The notes: a model not told the origin generated them from the sequence alone. Shown: positions 20,382 to 30,766, numbered from the stretch's first letter. The stretch is 35,103 bases of DNA from Alphaproteobacteria bacterium (GCA_038131935.1 JAYPQH010000016.1:1-35103); one strand, 5' to 3'. Made by a program: numbers and translations.

Positions 20382-21316
20382 TTAAAAACCGGTTTCATGT
20401 GCGCCTTTAAGTTGTAGCATTTCACGCGCTTCATCAGGTGTGGCAACTTCTAAGGACATACCCTCTATGATTGCACGGACGGCGCGGACTTGCTCGGCAT
20501 TTGACTTTGCCAATTGTCCTGGACCAATCCAAAGTGAGTCTTCTAAGCCAACGCGGACATTACCACCCATTGATGCAGACATGGAGGCAACACTTAACTG
20601 ATTACGTCCTGCACCAAGCACGGACCAAATATAGTTATCACCAAACAGTCTGTCTGCTGTACGTTTCATATGCATCACATCTTCTGGATGTCCGCCAATG
20701 CCGCCAAGGATTCCAAAAACACTTTGAACGAGAAGAGGTGGCTTCACGAGCCCCGATCCAAAAAATGCGCCAGATTATAGAGGTGGCTGATGTCGTAGCA
20801 TTCGAATTCAAACCTTGTTCCATTTTCTGAGCACATTGTAAGAATTTTTTCTATGTCAGCAAAGGTATTCTTAAACACCAAATCACGGCTTTTTTCTAAG
20901 TGCTGAACTTCCCATTCGTGCTGAAATTTGGTGTTTTTTCCGAGCATAGGGAACAGGCCAAAATTCATTGAACCCATGTTAAGTGACGCAACTTCCGGTT
21001 TGAGTTCGTAGGCTGGGCGCATGCGCTCTTCAACAGTCATACTTGGGGCGCCGCCAGTTGTAATATTTACCACAGCGGAACTTGCTTGCTTAATTTGTGG
21101 TAAAAACTTCATGAAGGCATCAGGATCTTGAGTAGGCCGTCCATCTTCAGGATGGCGGGCGTGTAAATGAATAATCCCAGCACCAGCTTCTGCAGCTTCG
21201 AGGGAATGTTGGGTGATTTCCTCAGCAGTTACAGGTAAATATTCAGACATAGAAGGGGTATGAATTGAGCCAGTTATGGCACAGCTGATAATCACTTTTC
21301 TTTTAGGTTTTGCCAT
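20382..21316 (-). CDS. 3-keto-5-aminohexanoate cleavage enzyme family (BKACE / DUF849); frameshift near 20752
   Basis: ITGSIHTPSMS, Zn ligands IIHLHAR and RVGLED, SLNMGSMNF. DRG|LVKPP is restored by one G. GGAGG RBS. Confidence 0.92.
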
Positions 21317-21366
21317 GAAATTCCTCCACTTTTTAAAACATTTTTACATTCATTGTTCCCCACTGA

Positions 21367-21398
21367 TGCACACAAGCAAACATAGTTTCTTGCGTGCA
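21367..21398 (-). other. Intra-operon stem-loop
   Basis: Minus strand TGCACGCAAGAAAC-TAT-GTTTGCTTGTGTGCA, no U-tract, between the dehydrogenase and BKACE genes. Confidence 0.5.
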
Positions 21399-21420
21399 AG
21401 AGGGTATCACAGATAGCTTG

Positions 21421-22370
21421 TTATTCTCCCAAGGAATTTTGGCTACGGCGTTTGTGTGCTGCCAAAGCCATGAGATGCCGGTCACGCCAAATTTGCCTTT
21501 TTCCGAGATCAGTATCTGCCAATTTTCCACGACGTTCTTGCTCAATCCGATCAAGAACGGTGCCTTTCCAATCTGCCATTTCTGTCTGTTGGCTGCCTAT
21601 GGTTGTTGCCAGCCCATTATAGCGGTTCACATAATCACGGACGCCGCCTGGGGCATTCAAATCAATGGTCTCAAATGGACCGATAAATGCCCATCGAAGG
21701 CCTAAGCCATCGGCAATGCCCACATCAATATCTTCAACACTTGCATATCCTTGGTCTACAAGACGGAACGCTTCATGCAACAAAGCTACTTGAAGGCGGT
21801 TCATGATAAATCCATCGATTTCTTTCTGCATTCGTAGGGGTTTATGACCCACTGATTCCAGTAGTTTTGCAGTTTGCTCTGCCTTTTGTGGATCTGTCCA
21901 GGGAGCAGGTACAACTTCAACCGCAGGGACAAGGTAGGGAGGGTTAATGGGATGAGCCACGAGACAACGCTCACGATGCTTCAATTCTTCCGTAAATGCT
22001 GATGGCAACAAAGCGGATGAGGACGATGCAAGTACAGTCTCTGGGGCGGCTACTTCATCGAGTTCCTTGAAGACCATGATTTTGACATCCAAACGCTCAG
22101 GTGCATTTTCCTGAACATGAATAGCGCCATCGAGTGCCGTCTCAATGTTATCGGTGGCACTGATGCGGGAAAAGACCTCTTCAACATCTTGGTCTCCCAA
22201 TAAGCCTTCCTCTTTAAGACCTGTCAAAGGGCGGGGATTTGATCCCTGGTATGGTCAGCAACACCTTCGACAGCATCTCGCAACACAACATGATGCCCTC
22301 CTCGGGCGAAGGAGATGGCCCATGCTCTTCCAATTAAACCAGCACCATTAATGGCAATATGTCCTGACAT
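21421..22370 (-). CDS. 3-hydroxyacyl-CoA dehydrogenase family (lambda-crystallin / L-gulonate 3-dehydrogenase-like); frameshift near 22227
   Basis: GAGLIGRAWA, QENAPE, ASSSS, HPINPP, GFIMNRLQ, GLGLRWAFIGPFETIDLNA. TAATG overlap with the upstream SDR. Confidence 0.9.
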
Positions 22371-23155
22371 TACAAAACCTCTACGTTTCCACAAACACTT
22401 AGCGACTGACCCGAAATATTGGCCCCACCTGGGCTGGTCAAAAACAAACACATGGAGGCAATATCTTGCCCAGTAACCATCCGACGTAAAGATACTTTGG
22501 ATAGTGCTTCATCACGCATTTGATCATAGGTAATCTCGCGTGCTTTTGCACGGGCATTGATAACCCGGTCTATGCGCGGACCTTCAACAACACCAGGAAG
22601 AATGGCATTTACGCGGACGCCATCTGGGCCCATTTCAACAGCCAAAGATTTGGTTAAACCGATCACCCCCCATTTGCTTGCTGCGTAAGGTGTTCGTAGA
22701 CCATAACCAAACCTTCCAGCTACGGAAGAAATATTGATCATTGAACCTTGTGAGGTTTTCAAAAGCTTGGCACAACGCCTCGCGGTCATGAACATGGATG
22801 ATAAATTCACGTCCATACAACGTTCATATTCCTCCTCATCGAGATCTTCGATCAAACCTGTTTCTCCAGCGATACCAGCATTGTTTACCAAGACATCCAA
22901 GCCCCCCCAACGTTGGACCACATCATCAATAGCCGTCTGGATGTCGTCACCATTGGCTGCATCACCTTGATGGGCAATGAGACTGGGACGGAGTGCTACA
23001 GCTTCCTCAAGAGCATCTTGTGCGATATCAGTAACAGCCACCTTGGCCCCAGCATCAAGAAAGGCGTGTGAGATGGCTCTGCCAATACCGCCTCCCCCAG
23101 CAGTGATAAGTACACGAAGATTTTTCGGTGGTATCAAACGGTCTACTGCCGACAT
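22370..23155 (-). CDS. Classical SDR oxidoreductase
   Basis: TAGGGGIG, NNAG, YAASK. GGAGG RBS before ATG 23155. Confidence 0.92.
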   Translation of the reverse strand: MSAVDRLIPPKNLRVLITAGGGGIGRAISHAFLDAGAKVAVTDIAQDALEEAVALRPSLIAHQGDAANGDDIQTAIDDVVQRWGGLDVLVNNAGIAGETGLIEDLDEEEYERCMDVNLSSMFMTARRCAKLLKTSQGSMINISSVAGRFGYGLRTPYAASKWGVIGLTKSLAVEMGPDGVRVNAILPGVVEGPRIDRVINARAKAREITYDQMRDEALSKVSLRRMVTGQDIASMCLFLTSPGGANISGQSLSVCGNVEVL

Positions 23156-23353
23156 ATACGCCTCCTCAGATGTTTTTGTGATGAGCACAAGCTTGAATTT
23201 TTCATTGTTGAAGTTGAGCCTGTCCAAGGGGTGATCGTCAAGTGATCTGTCCGCAAAATATCGATAGCTGGCATCCATCTGGTGCAGTCAGTCTCATCTT
23301 GTGCTTCTCAAGGCCTTGTCTATGCTATGGGTTTGTTGTGGATTGGACATATT

Positions 23354-24241
23354 ATGTCGCTATTACGTAGCTATGCTCTTTTTGTATTTGTGATTCCTTG
23401 TTGGGGTGCAAACTGGGCCTTCATGAAATTGGGACTGGAGTATATGTCCGCACAAGAGCTGGTTGTTGTGCGTCTCGTGATCGCTGCAATTTTTATGTTT
23501 TGTGTTTTGCTACCTACGGGCATTTTATCATGGTCCCACTGGCGATATAGGTGGCATATCATTCCTTTGGGCTTGATCATGCCAAGTTTATTCTATTGGG
23601 GATGTGTTGAAGGCGCTGCTCGTTTGGAGAGTGGGATTGCGGGCGTCGTTGCAGGTCTTATTCCTATTTTTAGTCTGATTGGAAGCGCGCTGTTTTTGAG
23701 AGAAGAACGATTAGGATTGATGAGGATTTTGGGAATTGTTCTGGGTTTTGTGGGAACTGGATTTTTATCAATGGCTCAGAATGATGCCAATGGTCTTGGT
23801 CAGGTAACTGGTATTTTTCTTATTATCCTTGCTGGCATCATTTTTTCAGGATCTTTTGTCTATGTTCAGCGGTTTATGCGTGCTTTGGATATTTCTCCAC
23901 TGGCACTTGCAACCTATCAAAATGTATTAGGTGCTGTCTTGTTTCTGGTGATTTTCCCGCAACCCAATTGGATAGTTCTGGTTGATTGGCACCCTCTATT
24001 GGTTATTGTCCTTGGGCTAGGTATCATGGGAACAGCAGTATCCTTCCTTGTTTACTCACGTATTGTTCGGGAATTGGGGACTGTAAGGTCCTCGATTGCG
24101 GTTTATTTAACCCCTGTTTTTTCCCTTATGGTTGGTATTATTTTTTTGGACGAGCATCTTGATGGTTGGGAAATCTTGGGTGTGATCACCATTATCTCTG
24201 GAATTATATTGTCTGGACTGAAAAAGCTAAAAGAAACGTAA
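23354..24241 (+). CDS. DMT/EamA-family transporter
   Basis: WGANW..MK..L, R...A, FLREER, LTPVF...G..FLDE; about 10 TM segments in two repeats. Confidence 0.88.
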   Translation: MSLLRSYALFVFVIPCWGANWAFMKLGLEYMSAQELVVVRLVIAAIFMFCVLLPTGILSWSHWRYRWHIIPLGLIMPSLFYWGCVEGAARLESGIAGVVAGLIPIFSLIGSALFLREERLGLMRILGIVLGFVGTGFLSMAQNDANGLGQVTGIFLIILAGIIFSGSFVYVQRFMRALDISPLALATYQNVLGAVLFLVIFPQPNWIVLVDWHPLLVIVLGLGIMGTAVSFLVYSRIVRELGTVRSSIAVYLTPVFSLMVGIIFLDEHLDGWEILGVITIISGIILSGLKKLKET

Positions 24242-24317
24242 CAACCACATTATTTTGTTGCAAATTGGTTCTTTAATCTGTTGGACTTTAAGAACATAAC
24301 AATATGTGGAGGGAACA

Positions 24318-25279
24318 ATGCATAAAAAAAATCAATTGTTACGTTTAGGTTTGGCGATGGCTGTGGTGGGTGTTGTATCATCACAAGCATTCGCTGCCTG
24401 TGTACCGTCTAAATGGGGAGCCGATGACGAAATTGGCTCTGCAAATACAATCACACCAGAGCGGGTCCTTGCTGCAACAAAATTGGTCAAACAAGGAAAA
24501 CCCAGCATTTAAGGTATTGTTGTAGATAGTGAAGTCCCAGCTTTTGCCCCAAGAAGTTTATCGGTAACGATTTTACAGCCCGGGCAGCAATGGGGCAGCC
24601 GACCTTTTCCAAATGGTATGATTTATAATGATGATATTTTTACCGGTTGGTTGGGTATTGGTTCGCAAATTGATGGTCTTGCCCATATTGGCCACCACCA
24701 TGAAGGAACAGATAAGTTCTATAATTGCCTTGATGGTGCAGAGATTTCAAAAACAACGGGTATGAGTAAGTTGGGTATTGAAAAAATCCCACCTCTTGTG
24801 GCCCGTGGCGTTGTCTTGAATATGGCAGGACTAAAAGGTGTCGAGCATCTAAAGGCTGGTGATGTGTTTACCGTGGAAGATGTAGAAAAAGCAGCCGCCC
24901 AGCAAGGCGTTCAAATTGGTGAGGGTGATGTTGTCTTATTCCATACAGGCTGGACAGACCATGTACTTCCTAATGATCCAAAGACATGGGTCAGCGGGGA
25001 ACCGGGTATAGCTGAGGAAGTCGCAACCTATTTGGCTGAAAAAAATGTTTTGGCGGTAGGCGCAGATACATGGGGTTTGGATCCTATACCGCCACATAAG
25101 CCGGGTCGACCATTCCAAGGCCATATCACGTTGATAAAGGATAACGGGATTTATATTCTTGAGGTCATGAATACTGGTGCATTGGTGAAAGACGGTGTGA
25201 GTGAATTTTTGTTTGTGCTAGGCCCTTCACGATTGCGAGGTGCTGTCAAGCAATCATTGACCCTATTGCTATGTATTGA
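24318..25279 (+). CDS. Exported cyclase-family (kynurenine formamidase-like fold) metallohydrolase; paired indels at about 24500-24512 and a frameshift at about 25248
   Basis: Signal peptide ending AFA, WGADDEIGSAN, GSQIDGLAH, RGVVL, GDVVLFHTGW, AVGADTWG, GIYILE. The C-terminus GAVQAIIDPIAMY* is restored by one C. Confidence 0.85.
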
Positions 25280-25325
25280 GATGACATAGGTAAAGCAATT
25301 TGGTGTAAACCAATTTGGCCCAAAA

Positions 25326-25350
25326 GGGGTGGCAATATATTTGCCATCCC
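25326..25350. terminator. Hairpin between convergent genes, probable terminator
   Basis: GGGGTGGCAA-TATAT-TTGCCATCCC, flanked by AAAA and ATGTTTT. Confidence 0.55.
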
Positions 25351-25377
25351 ATGTTTTGAAATTGCATAAGTTAGACT

Positions 25378-26376
25378 TTAGCGTTCAGAATGCGGATCAG
25401 ACCCTCTAAGTGGCTTCAGCATATCCTCAACTAAGTCCTGTACACGCAATCCATCTACGAAGTCTGCCAATCGTTTTTCTTGATTCCAATATTGATGCTG
25501 CAATCCATTTAACTGGCCATGGTACGCAGCCTTTGGTGTTGCTTCCTCAGCTTGAAGCATTGGCTCAAGACCTTGGTCTGTTTCTTTGTACAATTGGTAC
25601 CATTGATCGAACAACAAACATGCTTTGGTCCCCAAAATGCGCATTTGTACAATATCTGTGCGGCAGCCTCCTGCACGACCAAAAAATGACACAGGCCCTG
25701 ACGCTGTTTCCCATTGTGCTTGAACCAGATATTCACATCCAGGATCATCATAAGCATGAAGCAGTGGGGGATGCTCCAACCTAGGGGTACCAAGAAGCAG
25801 ATGCGTGAGATAGGCAAAGTGCGATCCAACCTCACGAACAAAACCACCTTGGTCCCGTTGGCTCAACCAACCTGCGTTTTCCTGCCACCCTCTGGGCCAT
25901 TTAGAAAAGGCAATATTAATATCCGCACCTATAACTGTCCCTAAAACGCCATCATGAATAACTTCTCTGGCCCGATGCATAGCTGGTGCGCCTGAATACA
26001 CAAAGTTCATTCCATGTGGTTTGGATCCCATTTTTGAAATCAAGTCTTGGGACGTTTGCTGGTTAACGCCAAGAGGCTTTTCACAAAAGACAAAAAGATT
26101 TTGCTCAGCAGCACGTAACGCGTACTCAGCATGGGCAAGCGGGGGTGTCCCGATATATAAAAGGTCAATGTCCGCCTTGTTAAATAGAGGTTCAGAGCTG
26201 TCACAGGTTGTTATATCAGGAAACAGCGATACAAATTTTTGCCGCGCCTCGGTTGCATGGTCATAGGCTTTTATAACCGTAAAGCCATCATGTTCTGACA
26301 TATTCTGAGCCATTCGCTGACCAATAACACCACAACCGATGATACCGACCCTGATTGAACCATGTGTGTTAGGCAT
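25378..26376 (-). CDS. Gfo/Idh/MocA family oxidoreductase
   Basis: GIIGCGVIG, YIGTPP..H, CEKPL, GGFVREVGSH. Confidence 0.9.
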   Translation of the reverse strand: MPNTHGSIRVGIIGCGVIGQRMAQNMSEHDGFTVIKAYDHATEARQKFVSLFPDITTCDSSEPLFNKADIDLLYIGTPPLAHAEYALRAAEQNLFVFCEKPLGVNQQTSQDLISKMGSKPHGMNFVYSGAPAMHRAREVIHDGVLGTVIGADINIAFSKWPRGWQENAGWLSQRDQGGFVREVGSHFAYLTHLLLGTPRLEHPPLLHAYDDPGCEYLVQAQWETASGPVSFFGRAGGCRTDIVQMRILGTKACLLFDQWYQLYKETDQGLEPMLQAEEATPKAAYHGQLNGLQHQYWNQEKRLADFVDGLRVQDLVEDMLKPLRGSDPHSER

Positions 26377-26397
26377 ACATTATAGCCTTTCATAAAG

Positions 26398-27217
26398 TTA
26401 TTGGTTGTTTTGGAACAAAAATTCTTGGATTAAATGCAGTTGTTGCTCCATCATTGGACGGCCTGCATGCGTCTGAAGTTGTTTTTTTTGGGCCTGGGTC
26501 AGGTAAGCGGTTTGCTCAGGCACCATAATAACTTCAGCCACAACAGCATGGGGGGCAACGTTGTCTAGGGCGTCAGGAAGTGGATCTTTGTCCTGCATCC
26601 CCAAATTGGTACCATTGACAACGATATCTGCAATGATGCTGTTGTCATGTCCAATGACGATGGAGGCATCGGGGACATGTTCATGTAGTCGTCGGGCTAG
26701 ATCTTCAGCGGTTTTTTGGGTGCGGTTGATGATTTGTAACAACCCACAGTCCTTTTGAAGGAGTGATAAGGCAATCGCACTTGCGGCACCACCAGCACCA
26801 ATCAGTCGGATAGACTTTTGGGCAATGGTGTAACCTGCTTTGGTAAGGCCTAAGGTGAAACCTTCACCATCAAAATTTTCCGCTGAAAATGTACCATCCA
26901 TGTTCCTCCGTGCAACATTTGCAGCTCCAGCGATCGCAACGGATTGTGATGTCTCATCGCATAAACCAGCCAAGGCTTGTTTATGGGGGATTGTTGCAAT
27001 CAGGCCCTTAAGGTTTTTAACATGTCGCAACCCTTGAAACAGAGCGGGTAAACCATCTTTGTCGACATGGATTGGTACCACCACGGCTGCCTTATTGTTT
27101 TGCGCCCACAACCTGTTCAAAGCTTGTGGTGTGCGCACATGGCTTATGGGGTCAGCAATCAAGCCGACCCATTGTGTGTTACCGTCAATTGATCGTCGTG
27201 CTTACGTTCTCCATCAT
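26398..27217 (-). CDS. Shikimate dehydrogenase-family paralogue; start unresolved, likely indel near 27190
   Basis: IDGNTQWVGLIADPISH, TIPHK, GAANV, NFDGEGF, IGAGGAA, NRT, VNGT.LGM. Confidence 0.85.
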
Positions 27218-27221
27218 GACA

Positions 27222-28817
27222 TTAAGAGATGGAAAATCCATCATAGCCAGACGCCTGGATGGTTTTACAATGTTCTACATAAGCCGGAAAACCACCAATA
27301 TAGGGCATAAAGACACGTGGTTTGCCAGGTATATTGGCACCTACATACCAAGACGAACAAGTTGACCTAAGATTGCTGTCCGCCACTTCTCTGTTATGTG
27401 CCACCCAATTTTCTTCGGCTGAAACCTCTGGTTCAATACGCGCCATCCCCCGGTCTCTTAAATCGACCAAACATTGTGTGATCCAATCTACATGATGTTC
27501 AATCGCCATGATCATATTGGTAAGAACAGATGGGCTTCCTGGCCCTGTCACCATGAACATGTTCGGAAAGCCAGCTACAGATATGCCCAGATAACTTTTG
27601 GGGCCTTCCGACCATTTTTCTTGGATGGTTGTTCCTTCTGGCCCTTCAATATGAATTTTTTTGATCGCACCGGTCATTGCATCAAATCCTGTGGCGAGCA
27701 CCAAACTGTCGAGTTGGTATTCTTTACCACCGGCCTTGACCCCATGGGTTGTGATTTCGTCAATGCCAGATTGTGCGATATCAACCAGATGGACATGGGG
27801 TTTGTTGTAGGTTTGAAAATAACCTGTATCAACGCAAAGACGCTTACAGCCAATCACCGTGTTCGGGGTGAGTAGCTTTGCAGTTTCAGGATCATCCACA
27901 ATATCCGCGATTTTTTCCTGAACGAATTCACGTGCAGCAGCATTGGACTCATCATCTAAGAGAAGATCCTTGAAGCTCATCATGAAGGTAAGCCCTCCAT
28001 AATCCCAGCGTTCCTGGAATTTTTTACGTCGTTCCTCTGGAGACATGGCTTTGGCGGATTCATCTTGTGCAAATGGTATGTAAATACCACTAAATCCAGA
28101 GCGTGCGCTGTCCCTAAGCGTTTTGTAATTGCTTTTAACTTCCGCCTCGACTGCTTTGTCCATGGGCTTGTTTTGTGCTGGCACTGCATAATTTGGGGTC
28201 CGTTGGAACACATATAGTTGTTCAGCCTCTTCCGCGATCAGCGGAATGGATTGAATGGCCGATGACCCTGTACCAATGACACCCACTTTTTTTCCGTGGA
28301 AGTCTACCTTTTCTTTTGGCCATCGCCCCGTGTGATAAACTGGCCCATGGAAATTCTCTAAGCCCTTAATCTTGGGGTCATTGGGAACAGATAGACAACC
28401 TGTAGCAAGAACCAGATATGTTGTTTTTTCAGTGGTACCTTGATCGGTTTCTATTTCCCAGCATGATTCTTGTTCAGAAAAACGTGCTTTGGTCACCCTC
28501 GTATTGAAAGATATGTCTTTTCTAAGGTCAAAACGCTCAGCAACGTGACTTGCATAACTCAAGATTTCTGGCTGTGCTGCATACCGCTCAGACCATGACC
28601 ATTCTCTTTGTAAGTCTTCATCAAAACTGAAGCCATACTGGAGGCTTTCTACATCACAGCGTGCACCAGGGTAGCGATTCCAATACCATGTGCCCCCTAC
28701 ATCATCACCTGCTTCGATCACACGCACACAAAATCCTTGTTCGCGCAACCTTTTGAGCAAATACATTCCCGAAAACCCAGCGCCAACAATGATTACATCG
28801 TTTTCAATAGCCATCAT
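27222..28817 (-). CDS. Type I Baeyer-Villiger monooxygenase (CHMO/PAMO-like)
   Basis: GAGFSG, GGTWYWNRYPG, BVMO fingerprint FHGPVYHTGRWP, GTGSS, KR, ATGF, SWYVGANIPGK. Confidence 0.95.
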   Translation of the reverse strand: MMAIENDVIIVGAGFSGMYLLKRLREQGFCVRVIEAGDDVGGTWYWNRYPGARCDVESLQYGFSFDEDLQREWSWSERYAAQPEILSYASHVAERFDLRKDISFNTRVTKARFSEQESCWEIETDQGTTEKTTYLVLATGCLSVPNDPKIKGLENFHGPVYHTGRWPKEKVDFHGKKVGVIGTGSSAIQSIPLIAEEAEQLYVFQRTPNYAVPAQNKPMDKAVEAEVKSNYKTLRDSARSGFSGIYIPFAQDESAKAMSPEERRKKFQERWDYGGLTFMMSFKDLLLDDESNAAAREFVQEKIADIVDDPETAKLLTPNTVIGCKRLCVDTGYFQTYNKPHVHLVDIAQSGIDEITTHGVKAGGKEYQLDSLVLATGFDAMTGAIKKIHIEGPEGTTIQEKWSEGPKSYLGISVAGFPNMFMVTGPGSPSVLTNMIMAIEHHVDWITQCLVDLRDRGMARIEPEVSAEENWVAHNREVADSNLRSTCSSWYVGANIPGKPRVFMPYIGGFPAYVEHCKTIQASGYDGFSIS

Positions 28818-28829
28818 AATTACCTTTCG

Positions 28830-29523
28830 TTAGCTTGTGAGGTAGCCGCCATCGACTTGGTGGGTAGATCCAGTGACAAAGCTAGCTTTATCAGAAAACA
28901 ACCAATAAATAAGTTCCGCCACTTCTTCTGGTCGCCCCCATCGGCCAAGTTTGGTTCGTTTTAAAACGGCAGCATTAAGTTCCTCGCTGGCCCGGATATG
29001 GTTGGTAAACCTTGTTTCAATATATCCAGGCGCTACGGCATTTACCCTAATGCCTAATGGTGCAAACTGCTCAGCCATCGCGGCTGTTAGGTTCATGACA
29101 CCTGCTTTTGAGGCGCTATAACCTGGTACGCGTCCTGCCGCGGTGAATGCCAAGACAGACGCAATATTTACGATCGATCCCTCGGCTCGACCCAAAGCGT
29201 CACGGCAAGCAAGCATCATTCTCATGGTACCTGTGAGATTGATATCAATGATATTTTGGAAAACATTAATATCATCTTCGATATGATCAACTGCACCTGC
29301 TGCATTTAAAAGAGCATGTAAATGGGAAAACTGTTTGGCAAGGTTGGTGACAGCTTCTTGGTCACGAACGTCAAGAACAAAGCCTTTGTGGGAAGACGCG
29401 TCGAGTTCTTCTTGCGTTAAACCTGTCACATAAACATCCCAACCCTTTTGTGCCAAAAAGGTCAGCGGCCGCTGCGCCAATTCCTGATGTTCCACCGGTA
29501 ATCAATGCATTTTTCTGGGTCAT
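28830..29523 (-). CDS. SDR oxidoreductase; frameshift near 29457
   Basis: The N-terminus MTQKNALITGGTSGIG lies in another frame, with an ATGA overlap at 29520-29523. NAAG, YSASK, NAVAPG. Confidence 0.88.
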
Positions 29524-30266
29524 CCGTTAACAATTCCTCCATCGATACTCAGCAACTGTCCTGTAATATATTGTGAAGCTGGCGAGCAGAAAAATCCTAT
29601 TGCGTCTGCAACTTCTTCAGCTTCACCAAATCGGCCCATAGGGACCTGTTGGAGATAGGCATCTCCTCGTTTGGCAATCAAATGTTTGGGCATATCAGTT
29701 TTGATGACGCCTGGTGTGAGCGCATTCACCCGAATTTGTCGATGTGCCAGCCGACGCGATAGTGATCGGGTTAGGCCAACAAGCGCTCCTTTTGCCATGG
29801 AATAAGGAACATGGTCAGGTGAACCACGCATGAATGCCAAGGATGATATGAAAAGTATGGTTCCCCCATCCTCCATATGCTCAATGGCTTTGACACAGAG
29901 ATCAAACGCATTTGTTGCGTTGGCGGCCATGGTGCGGTCATAATTATCACGGGCACCGTCGTCCAATTCTGTTGGTTGGAAAATGCCAGCCAAATGTACA
30001 AGGCCATAAATGGGCTTTGATGCCAAGCTAACCAATTGTGCCGCCTCTTCCGGGGTATTTACAGCTCCTACATGCTGTGCACAAATTTGCTCAGGGTTGA
30101 TGTTTTTGACGGCGGATTCGAGTCGCTGTGCATCAATATCATTAACGATGAGCGTTGCTCCGCCTTGTGCGAGCATCTGAAGGGTTGGTATCCCAATACC
30201 TCCTGCAGCACCTGTCACAATAAAGCATTTGTCCTCAAAAGGACGGGCATTCAGAAAGCGGCTCAT
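29520..30266 (-). CDS. SDR oxidoreductase (FabG-like)
   Basis: TGAAGGIG, HLAG, YSMAK, ITGQLLSIDGG. ATGA overlap with the NIPSNAP gene. Confidence 0.9.
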   Translation of the reverse strand: MSRFLNARPFEDKCFIVTGAAGGIGIPTLQMLAQGGATLIVNDIDAQRLESAVKNINPEQICAQHVGAVNTPEEAAQLVSLASKPIYGLVHLAGIFQPTELDDGARDNYDRTMAANATNAFDLCVKAIEHMEDGGTILFISSLAFMRGSPDHVPYSMAKGALVGLTRSLSRRLAHRQIRVNALTPGVIKTDMPKHLIAKRGDAYLQQVPMGRFGEAEEVADAIGFFCSPASQYITGQLLSIDGGIVNG

Positions 30267-30586
30267 GGTCTAGGTCCCCATGGTGCATTTAGCAAAAGTT
30301 GATTGGTCTGCGTCATAAGCAGAGGTCTTAATTGCGCAGCGAAAGCCATAAAATCATCATCAGCAAACAAACGTGCCCAATGTGCACGCCGGTCAGCGTC
30401 ATCATCGAAGCGCCATAGATGGACAATTTGATGAAGCCCGCCTGTGTCTGATGAAAAGTAACCCACCAACTTTTTGTCAAAATCACCCTTTTGTAAGGCA
30501 GGCCAGCCTAGCTGTTGGTACAACTCAAGTGCCACCGCCATTTTCCCTACCACAACCTGGTATGTACGTAATTCATAAACAGACAT
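30263..30586 (-). CDS. NIPSNAP family protein
   Basis: YELRTY, LVGYF..DTG.L.QIVHLW.F.D..DR, P...P end. GGAGGG RBS. Confidence 0.9.
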   Translation of the reverse strand: MSVYELRTYQVVVGKMAVALELYQQLGWPALQKGDFDKKLVGYFSSDTGGLHQIVHLWRFDDDADRRAHWARLFADDDFMAFAAQLRPLLMTQTNQLLLNAPWGPRP

Positions 30587-30720
30587 GTCTGCCCTCCCAG
30601 TATTTTTATTTGCGTGAGAATGGAACAGAAATGGCATTGCTGCAATGGTTGATTTTGCGACCAAAAGCACCCCATCATCATAGATGGATGAGAAGTTGGG
30701 ATCTATGGAAGGTTTTGGAT

Positions 30721-30747
30721 GTCATTCCTATGACGCCCAGTCATGAC
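30721..30747. promoter_or_regulatory. Array of GTCAT/ATGAC half-sites in the divergent promoter, candidate operator
   Basis: GTCAT(30721)-N4-ATGAC(30730)-N5-GTCATGAC(30740-30747). Confidence 0.4.
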
Positions 30748-30766
30748 GTAACAGACGAGGGATAAG

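Noticed and set aside
8652-24512. Stop-codon reassignment or pyrrolysine, suggested by in-frame TAG at 8652 and 20119 and TAA at 24510
   Set aside because: Two of the three are explained by compensating indels. TAG and TAA end other genes normally (TAG at 32544 and 33761), and no pyl genes are present.
1987-29495. Programmed ribosomal frameshifting or phase variation as the cause of split genes
   Set aside because: The sites are heterogeneous short runs in unrelated enzymes, with no shared slippery heptamer or stimulatory structure, and both +1 and -1 events occur.
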